NCBI GenBank assembly: GCA_046563655.1
Contig: CM102284.1
Location: 3,100,001 to 3,164,000, forward strand
Reading direction: 5' to 3'
Origin: Yuukianura sp. NJ FZ-2021
Taxonomy: Eukaryota
Length of the DNA: 64,000 nucleotides
Part shown: one piece after another, positions 1-10,700 of the stretch
Layout: every line of letters starts with the position of its first letter
Position numbering within the stretch: position 1 is the stretch's first letter
Translations under genes and position numbers: made by a program
Notes under the pieces: model-generated
What the model was told of the DNA's origin: nothing
What the model saw: the letters and a program-made list of their open reading frames with translations, nothing else
Database searches by the model: none

Positions 1-1735
1 GAAATCAACAAAAAGAATGCTGGTTTGACTCAGTATTTTTTGCGTTGTAACACTTTCGGTGCTTCAAAATTGTATTCAAAAATAATTTTATACAATGTAA
101 TTCACAAGCACTCAGTGCTTAATTTTTAGCAACGCGGATTGCAACGTGAATTAATGCATAACTGTTGTTTTGCGATATTGTTTCCGCTGAAATCAACGAA
201 AAGAATGCTAGTTTGACTCAGTATTTTTTGCGTTGTAACACTTTCGGTGCTTCAAAATTGTATTCAAAAATAATTTTATACAATGTAATTCACAAGCACT
301 CAGTGCTTAATTTTTATCAACGCGGATTGCAACGCGAATTAATGCATAACTGTTGTTTTGCGATATTGTTTCCGCTGAAATCAACAAAAAGAATGCTAGT
401 TTGACTCAGTATTTTTTGCGTTGTAACACTTTCGGTGCTTCAAAATTGTATTCAAAAATAATTTTATACAATGTAATTCACAAGCACTCAGTGCTTAATT
501 TTTATCAACGCGGATTGCAACGCGAATTAATGCATAACTGTTGTTTTGCGATATTGTTTCCGCTGAAATCAACAAAAAGAATGCTAGTTTGACTCAGTAT
601 TTTTTGCGTTGTAACACTTTCGGTGCTTCAAAATTGTATTCAAAAATAATTTTATACAATGTAATTCACAAGCACTCAGTGCTTAATTTTTATCAACGCG
701 GATTGCAACGCGAATTAATGCATAACTGTTGTGTTGCGATATTGTTTCCGCTGAAATCAACAAAAAGAATGCTAGTTTGACTCAGTATTTTTTGCGTTGT
801 AACACTTTCGGTGCTTCAAAATTGTATTCAAAAATAATTTTATACAATGTAATTCACAAGCACTCAGTGCTTAATTTTTATCAACGCGGATTGCAACGCG
901 AATTAATGCATAACTGTTGTTTTGCGATATTGTTTCCGCTGAAATCAACAAAAAGAATGCTAGTTTGACTCAGTATTTTTTGCGTTGTAACACTTTCGGT
1001 GCTTCAAAATTGTATTCAAAAATAATTTTATACAATGTAATTCACAAGCACTCAGTGCTTAATTTTTATCAACGCGGATTGCAACGCGAATTAATGCATA
1101 ACTGTTGTTTTGCGATATTGTTTCCGCTGAAATCAACAAAAAGAATGCTAGTTTGACTCAGTATTTTTTGCGTTGTAACACTTTCGGTGCTTCAAAATTG
1201 TATTCAAAAATAATTTTATACAATGTAATTCACAAGCACTCAGTGCTTAATTTTTATCAACGCGGATTGCAACGCGAATTAATGCATAACTGTTGTTTTG
1301 CGATATTGTTTCCGCTGAAATCAACGAAAAGAATGCTAGTTTGACTCAGTATTTTTTGCGCTGTAACACTTTCGGTGCTTCAAAATTGTATTCAAAAATA
1401 ATTTTATACAATGTAATTCACAAGCACTCAGTGCTTAATTTTTATCAACGCGGATTGCAACGCGAATTAATGCATAACTGTTGTTTTGTGATATTGTTTC
1501 CGCTGAAATCAACAAAAAGAATGCTAGTTTGACTCAGTATTTTTTGCGTTGTAACACTTTCGTTGCTTCAAAATTGTATTCAAAAATAATTTTATACAAT
1601 GTAATTAGCAGGCACTCAGTGCTTAATTTTTATCAACGCGGATTGCAACGCGAATTAATGCATAACTGTTGTGTTGCTGATATTGGTTTCCGCGTTGAAC
1701 ATCAACAAAAAGAATGCTGTTTTGATTATTATTGA
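1..1735. repeat. Tandem satellite array, 188-bp unit, about 9.2 copies, truncated at window start; last copy degenerates after ~1605
   Basis: Identical ORFs recur every 188 nt (165, 353, 541 ... 1481). Units are head-to-tail with only scattered substitutions and no unique spacers. Confidence 0.97.
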
Positions 1736-4678
1736 CCCCTAAACCCCTAATAATACCGAGGTATAAACAAAAATTGAAATTCATACATCAATGGAGAAGT
1801 TGGCCATCCGCAAAGAGAGAGGCAATGGAAATGAAATGGAAAATATACTTTTAAATGTAAGTGGACATTCAACTGGATTTTTAGTGTATTGATTTATTCG
1901 ACTGTCGCAATTTTAGGATTTGATGTTTTTCATTCTAATTTTATCAAATTGAAATCTCGTTATTAGCGAGCCTCATCTTTAGTTCACAAACCTTTGCCAT
2001 TACACTTTCCTTTTTGTGGATTCCGTTCAGAGATTCAAAAGAAAATAAATACTTTCTAAAAAACACATCAGTTTCACATGGTTCCCTTTCTCTGTTTCCA
2101 ACTCTTAAACAAAACCTTGCTTTCTGGAATATTATAGCCAGAATCCACTTTCACTATGCTTGCCCACTTCCCTGAGATTGCCTTCAGCCTGATCAATAAT
2201 CATTTTTATGACAAAATGTTAGTTCCTTAACTGTATTTTTATAACAATTACACATTTTAGTGTTTACAACTATCATATTTCCTTAGGCTAAACGTATGAT
2301 TAGAAGTTTCCACTCGTTTTTCGGGTTTCCGTTTTTATCTCGATGTATCCTTTCCCTTCCAAGAAAAATCCTGGAAAGTCATCTACAGTCGTTCTTTCGT
2401 ATCAAAACCAAATTTAGTTACTCTTCCTCTTTACTCTTAATTTTAATTATAAGTTACACATTAAACACTTGATGAGTGGACGAGAGTTTTCCCCTTCATC
2501 TGTCATCTCTTCCTTCCTCATCTCACAATAATCTTTGACTTTTCGCTGTGATGAAGGGGCACTTGGCTGGTTTTACAACTTTTAATAAGAAACTACGTCC
2601 TAAACATCATTATACAATTACATTACATCTAACACTTTTTGGGAATTTTCTTTTTCCTAGATTATTTTTTATATTAAAACTCCTGAAGAATGAGATATCC
2701 CCAGGAAGAACAATAAATGCAAATCTCTTAACATCGACTAACTAAACAATCTTAGACTAATTTTCCGGACTAAACTTAAAATGGACAATTTAAAAACCAT
2801 ATATTCAGAATTACAAAGGAAAGTGGGGAACAAAAATTAAGCTCAAAATAATAGGAAATAACAGTAGCCGACGCTCCTTCTACCGTGTGTAATACTTTCC
2901 CCGTTTTCACTTTTCTACTATTACAGTATGTTTTGAGAAAATATTTGAGAGTATCATGAAACAAGGATATTGAGATCAGAAAAAAATTAAAACGATTAAC
3001 GTTTTCTAATGGCACGTGCACGTTGGGACTTTGGTTAACGTTTGGTTATTTGTTTCAGTTTAAATGCAAATATTATGGAAAACTTGTGACAGTTAGAAGC
3101 ATTGTAACTAGCATTTGTGACAGTTAAACGCTTTCATGCTTTGTGACAGTGGTAATGTGTGATTAAAAAAATTTACAAACAGAAATAGCATAACTAAGGT
3201 GACAATGAATTGTCAGTAAGGACATTTAAATACTATCCTTAGTACCTCAAGATTATTAGTTAAAACGGACTTCATCTAACACCTAAAGCTTGGTAATTGT
3301 TTAACAATTAGCCACTCAAAGAACAAAAGCACCTAAGCTTTAGAATAATATGATTTTCCTATAACAGCCATTCTTCTAATACATTTCAATTTTTGGTATC
3401 TGCTCTGATTGGCTCTTCCTTTTCCAATCTAAAGTTGGATTGCCTTAAGCGCATTTTTAAAAATTCAATTTTAATCAAGCTAACCTTGGCCACTTCAAAC
3501 AAAGATTCGCAGTATAACAAGGGTTCGAGCTCTCTAATTTGAAGCGATGAAAGCAATCTTCAATTTTTGGAAGGTGCGTAATAAAAATATTACTTCTTGC
3601 TCTCAAAAAGATAATTTGACTAGAAATTAACTTGATTTTTACGATTCCTCTTTTTCTTTTAGCAGAAAAAAAAGAACAATTAGAACTTTTAGTCCAAATG
3701 CATTATCACATTTTAGTTCTTAGAGTTCATACTTTTGCTCTGATGTTGAGTTTTAGCGACCTTCCCTCCCGACTTGTTCATCGTTTAAACCGTTGTGAAA
3801 CCAAGGTCAACTTTGATTAAATTAACAATTAGCCTACAGTGTAACTTAATAATTAGCCGTAAGTGGTAAACATTAAATAGTCACAAACTAGAAACATTTT
3901 GGAATTCGTTTCAACTAATTGGGAAATCCATAACCGCCGGACACTCCCTGCCTTCTACAAAACCTTTCAGAGTTGTCATAAAACTAAAATATCTTCCACA
4001 CGCTCTCCAGCAATCCAAAGTTTAAAAAAAATTTAAAACTCGAATTTACAACTTTTGTCGTCTCGAAACACAAAAAGTTGAAAAAAAAATCCGATTGTTC
4101 CTAGAATTGAGAGCTAACTAAAACCGAATAGCTTTGGCATTGGAACATGGAAGAAAGAAATCTACGTGTCGTCAACTCGTCCTAAAGACATAATGACACT
4201 TGAATGAGTATTTTGACTAAACTGAATTTAGAAATACAAATGGGTTAATGAGTTGCAGTGTGGGTTTCGCTGACCTCCTTATGTCTGATTTTCCTTGGAT
4301 GCTTCAGTTCAACTTAAAAAAAAGCCATCTTCTCGTTTTCATAATCCTCTGTGAAAGACTCTTGAAAGGTTCTCATGAAATCTTTTGACAAAATTAAGGG
4401 GGTGATTCGCCGCTGTGTAACTTTCTTCTTCTTTCTCCTCTTCTTCTTCGTAACTTAAAGTCTTATGAAACTAAACCTCGAATCTAAACCTAATTCATTC
4501 TTTTCTTCCGTAAGAAAGTAGTCGGAATTCATTCTTTGAAGCATCCTCCTCTTCTAGAATCCTAGAATCCAAAGAAACACAAATTCAGAAAATTCCATTC
4601 CTAAGAGTAGAAGAAAGTTATGAAAAAGTAAACTTACTGCACATCACAATGAACAGATCGTTGACGTAGATCCTGATT

Positions 4679-4713
4679 TTAGTAGCGGGGGACTCCTGGT
4701 GGGTGTCCAGCAA
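4679..4713 (-). CDS. mbl: mbl distal terminal micro-exon C ([11 protein letters not shown])
   Basis: actctag|TT GCT GGA CAC CCA CCA GGA GTC CCC CGC TAC TAA, phase 1. Matches the recalled Drosophila MblC C-terminus [11 protein letters not shown]. Confidence 0.9.
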
Positions 4714-7700
4714 CTAGAGTATGCCAAAATCATTATTAACTTTCACTCAAATCAAATTCTGCTGCAAAGTAATACTTTCTTTTATAAATCAGATGAATTG
4801 TGTTTGAAAAATGGATATGGAGGTACTATATTTTGGTCAATTGTTGGATACTCTTAAAAGACTTTAGAAAGATGTATGTATAAATAATGTAGGACGTTAA
4901 GTTATAAATCAAGTAAGAAGCAGAGAGCGGAAGAAGCTCATCAATGCAAATCAGCTTCTCGGGAAACAGAGCACGAGAACCGCCGGATTTCCAGAATCCA
5001 TTTTCTTTCACTCTCAAAAAAAACTTAAAAAAATTCGGCCTTGACTTTATTTTAAAAAAAAAGTAAGAAAGTAGCAGAACTCCTTTCCACTTGCGCTCTA
5101 TTTTCCTTCGTGGTTTTGTTTTTCAAAAAAGCCTTTAAAATTGTAATTTATTTTTTTTTAGTAACACGGTCTACAATTTTTTTTTGGTCTAGGAACATGC
5201 CGTCGGATTTTCCTGTCTCTTCAATTTCCCATGGAATTGGAAATTATGTGGCGTAAAAGGGAAGTTAGTGCGGCACTCGAGGAGAGAGTGAAAGTGCCAC
5301 ATATAGATACAGACGCCCTCTGCGAAAGTTCATAAAATCTTTCAGTTAAGGCAGGGAAAGACAAGTGTGAGAGGATAGAAAGCGTCCCTCATCAGATCTG
5401 CTCATGCTCCAATTTCGTAAATCAAAAAAAAGTGGATCTGTGAACAAGTTCTTGAAAAAAAATTGATGTTTCTTGGAATTGTTGCCAAGCTTCACACTAT
5501 TTTCGTTTCAGCAAACTTATTTATCAGCTAAGCAGATCTGAAAAGCCAGTGGGACGAGCAATGTTTTTTGCGGCGACTTTTTTTAGCCTAACTCGTAGAA
5601 TTTATAGAAGCTCTAACCTATCAAAATAAATTTTGTTATATTATAAGTCAAATACGTTTGTTATAAAAATAGTTTTGATAAAAATTGAAAGCAAATAGGA
5701 AAGTAGACATACATTAGCTGCGGACGCATTTTCCCATTCGCCAAAGTCTTCAGCAATAAAAGCCAGGAAAGACCGGACGGCCTTTTTATTTGCGTGACGG
5801 ACGTGATGGATGAGGCCACTTTGATTTTATAGCATTAAAGGTCAATGGTCAAGGTCAACAAATGCAACACACCGTTCACTCTTCCAATTAATAAACCAGA
5901 ACCAAAGTATAAAAAAGACATTTAAAGAAATGAAATGAAATAAAACACAAACTGAAAATAAAATGAATTAAATTCAACTCGGGAGAAAGGATGATAGTGA
6001 GTTATCGCTTTGAGGCGCTGGCAATACCTTGTTTGCGGATTTACAGACGAAAGCGGCGCAGCAGCAGCAGCACTTATGCAATTTGCAAACTGAGCATTAC
6101 GTAACTATTTTAACTTTGAGTAGGGGATAGTAACCTACCCTGTTTTTGTGCAAAAATAATAGACGGAAGTAGAAGAAAAGTGCGGGGAACCGCTGCTGCC
6201 GTAAGGCTGCTCGAGAACTTGGTATGGAATCACTGCTGAAAAAATCAATAATCAAATTACAATTTCCATTATCCTCCGTTTTCGTTTAGTATTTGACAAA
6301 AACTTATACTTGCTTTCACCCAACCTCCCTTTTCCATTGCTTTAATTAAACATTTTAGCATATTTCATTTGCATAGGTTTTTAATCTTGTTTATCATAAA
6401 AACGAGTCTAGAAATATTAGCGCTGGAGAACTAAATTGGCTCAACACCGCGTACGACAAGACTTTCCGCAAATATTTACTTGGTTTTGGTTGAAATTGTT
6501 TTGTTAAAAACAGAATTATCGCTGTTAAGACAAACTGCGCAAATGAGTTGAGGCAAGGAGAGTGAAGGACAAAATTAAAAAAGAAAAACTCCTGAAAGAA
6601 AAAGAAAACGCAAATTCGTCAAAAACTGAAATCAGCGAAACCATTTGTTTTTAACTAACTCTTCACATCAACCAAAAATTTTAAAAAATAAAAAATTTCA
6701 AGTACACTTTCACAGTAACAAGATTCCTGCAAAAGCACCAACAAAGCACTCCCGCAACCTTTTATTCCCACTCCCGTCTGATCTCGTTGGCTTCTTTTCT
6801 TTTTGTGATTTTGGAAAGCAAAGAGAAAGCAGTGTTGTGTCAACATAAAAAAAATCATTTTGGCACAAAAAATGACACCGCACAGTTCTATTTCAGTATT
6901 GTTTAAAACAGCACTAATTTGGGTTAAGGTTAGGTTTAGATTTGGGCGTGAGTGAGTTATATATTGTGTAATTTTCGTAAAAAAACGCTTACAAAGCTTT
7001 AAAACCGAATGACTTAATTTAGAGAGCGTAGGAAACTGCCCGTCTGGTGATTTTCTCTGGGCACCAATGAAAGAAGAAGGGAGTTTTAGAGACAAAAGAT
7101 TCAATTAAGGAAACAAAGGCCTTTTCCTTCCAAGGCTTCAGAGAAAGTGAAGAGGACGTAATAAAATTTTCTTTTCCCTTGTCAAATGACACGAGAAAAA
7201 GTAAAAAGTTTCTAATGGGAGTGTCGTGATGCCACCCGACGAGGAAAACAACCGTACAAAACTGTATAGTAGGCAGCAGGACAAGAAAATAAAAGAGACA
7301 ATGGAATTAGTCGTGTAAAATTACACACGACAAAGCAGTGCCCGAAAAACTTTCTCCGTTCCATTGCATTACGATGAGAAGGGTGCCCGCTTACCAACTT
7401 TTTTCTTTCATGTGAAAAATGGAAACTAAACATTTGGAAAAGGAGCCAACGATAAAAATTAGACCAAACAAGGAGTGGGATTATTTAGCAGGGTGGGTGT
7501 GGCAGTTGTGCTTTTAAGGCAGCTTTTTCTAAAAAATAAAACAATTAATTACAGAATTTATAATTAGCACAAGTTTAGTAAGTAGCACAAGAATTGTTGT
7601 ATAAGGCAATTTCGGTACTTACCTACAAGTCAAAGGCAGCAGCAGCAGCAAGGGAGATTAGGAAAATACTAATATTTTCCAAGTCAGTGATTAAAGCGTG

Positions 7701-10700
7701 TCTTTGGGTGTAATAAACAGTTTGTGAATATGAGAATTCAAAGGCGCAACTGGCAGTGGCTGGAGGCAGGGAAGAAAATCGCTTCAACCAGAATACAATA
7801 CAAGATTTTGGGTTTTTAGACTTAAAAAGATGAAACCCAGTTGTCAACAAAGATTAGCATTCAAAACCAACACTAAAGACGCAGTGGTCATTGGTTTGTA
7901 CTCAAATACAAAGACAACATGATGAAAACAGTGAGATTTTGCGTTGCTTTGCTAGGACGCCTAAAACTACAAATAAAAATACAAGTTAAAGTACTTCCGC
8001 TTCCAAGGCCACTTTGTGATCCAACGTGGTTGATCTCGAAACTGGCACATCAGGTCATTGGTCAACGTTAGATGCAGGAATGGCAGCGTCACGGTTGTCA
8101 ACTTTACATTAGAAGACTGCACGGCAGGTCTCGTTTAACCTTCGTGGACAGATGACAAGTGCAAGCAATTACTACGCAACAACTCTCGTTCAAAATGGCA
8201 GCGGCAGTGCAACAGTCAGAAAGTGAACAATGTCAAAAGTTTGGCTGCATTTCACTCAAATTGTAAAGAAGTGAAAAGACGATTTTAGAATGAATTGGTA
8301 CGCAAGTCAAATAAGCTCCAAATTTTTTGGCTCAAATTTTTTCGAAAAAATGAAGAAATTTGAGTTTCAACCCAATTCGATTCTAATTGAATTTCGTCAA
8401 ATCCAAACTCACGACGGGGGATACAAAAGGTTAATTAAAAATTTAAATTTAATTTAAAAATTAATTTTTTAAACAACAGCAGCCAAATACTTTTGACATT
8501 CAACTTTCTCACAATGGACGCGTAACAAATATGGCGTCCCTCCCCAAAAGCCCGCCTCCAAATGGCTCTCTAGACTTCGACTCAGCAGCACATGCTCGAA
8601 GATGCGAATTTACAACAACATAGAAGATCTAATCAGCATGGTCCAGGAAGAAATCTTGAAAACTGACAGTCGAACATCCTTAAAACGAATTTTAGAGGTA
8701 CATGAAATGCAGTGTGCGATAGGCAGCTTTTGATTTCGTATAAAACTGAACGTTACGCTTAACTTTTCTTTCTCTCGGTGAATTAAACTGATGGAGGGTC
8801 GGCAGAACAACTCAGCGGAGGCTAGTTAACAATTATGAGTAGCAGGCATACGGCGTGAAATTTTAAGTTTGGACCTACAGTCCGAATTTTTAAAAACGCA
8901 ACGCTGTCAGAGAAATATTGGTCACAGGGGGTCGGACTTGTGACATTACAACAGACATAAAGATAGGAAAATGAAGAATGTATTGTCAAGAATACTCAAA
9001 TGCCAATGCGATTAATTGTTTTTAAGTAGCTTATAGAAATAAAGGCAAAAAGAGCAATTTTCAATGCAACGGCAAGTGGCTTTTGGCTGGCAAGACAAAA
9101 AAGATTAATTTCATTCCCCCAACGTAAACTCCCTATAATATATCTAGAGCAAATCTGTTTACTAGCTTTAATAAAATTAACAATATTTCATAGATTAGAT
9201 TTCATTTCCTAATAGAATTTTTGAGTAGGGATAATAAGCAGAACTATTCCCGGATGAATATTTAACCTTTCATTAATTAATGAAAAGCATAGAAAAAAAA
9301 GTTCTGCCTACTTTCCCCTTACACCCATTGAAAAAGCTACAAAATCAAAATCTTTATAATAGAATTAAAAATTATATATTGGTGAAATAGCGATTACGCA
9401 ATTTAAGAAGTAATTGTTAAGAAGAAGTCATTCGTAGTCAATATACATTACAATTCCTTAATACCTACAACGTAAAAGTTAAACAAGAAACAAATATGTA
9501 ACTATAAATTTAACTGTCAGACCCTAATGTAGTACGTACAGTTTCAGTGTAGGCCTTCCTTTTCAACTTTTCTAAGAATAAAATCCTCTTTCAAAAAGTT
9601 TCAAACGAAGTATTGAAATTTCTCAACGTTATACACACAAAATCCATACTAACTTTTAAAATTTACAAGTAATTTTGTAAATCACTTTTACATTTTGTTC
9701 TAGAAGTAATAGGATCTCTACTATTAATTTTAGTATACTACACACCTTTCGGAGGAGTCCAACGCAAAAATTATTTACATTTAAAAAACCGAAAGAAAGA
9801 AAAAAGAACGGAATAAAAAATTCCAATTTTCTTATAAATTAAGTCAACAAACAGTGGAATGCTAAAAAGAAAGATTCTTCGTAAGAATTAAGTTCATTTG
9901 TAGAATATTCGACCGTTCCAGAAAACAATCTTTTTCATTTAAAATTTTGCTATTTTTGCTAGGTAATTTTGTATTTCAAACCTACGATTTCAAAAGTCAA
10001 TCTTTTTCTTTTAATCTTTTCACTAGTCATCAAAACTCTACAGAGCGCTCGCGCGTTTACAAACGCAGGAGGAAATTTAAAATGGGTTGAGGAACAAGAA
10101 GCGTTTTTCGTTTTAACCAGGGCGCATTCTCTTTACTCCAACTGCAGCCTGGAGTGGCGCAGCTCCCTGAGCAACTGGATTTCCAATGTAGAGTTGTTGC
10201 GTAAGCGACGGTGCTGCAGAGACAACTGGGACTGGAGCTCTAGCAAATTGACCGTAGGCCGCTGCAAGCAGCGCCTGTTGCTGCTGCTGACTCTGTTGAA
10301 GTTGTTGGATATTTGCCGCCGTCAGGCCCGGGGCTCCACCCAGTTGAAGTCCAAATGGATTGAAACCGGCTCCGGCTCCTGCCAAAGTCGGAACTTGGCT
10401 AAAAGCTCCCGCCACGCCGGCAGCAGCACTTTGTTGTTGTAAAAGTTGAGCTCGTTGGGCCGCTGCCAATTGCGGGAGTGCCGCCAAGTATGGATTCATT
10501 GCCAATGGAAATCCAGCACTCAGTTGCTGTCCTGTGAGCTGAGAGGCTGCTGCCGCTGATCCACCTTGTGTTTGAAATCCTTGCGATGCAAAAGCTGCTG
10601 CAGCCATGGCTTGCTGATACTGTTGCAGTAGTTGTTGTTGTTGATTCTGTTGCTGCTGCAAGGCTGATGCTGGGTACTGCAGTTGAGACTGAATGGAGGC

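Noticed and set aside
1-1735. CRISPR array or eight tandem 79-aa genes
   Set aside because: Units are contiguous with no unique spacers, there are no cas genes, and the context is eukaryotic. The ORFs are TTG-started by-products of the satellite period.
1737-1750. Telomere-like ccctaaacccctaa at the satellite edge
   Set aside because: Only two imperfect units, which is too short to support.
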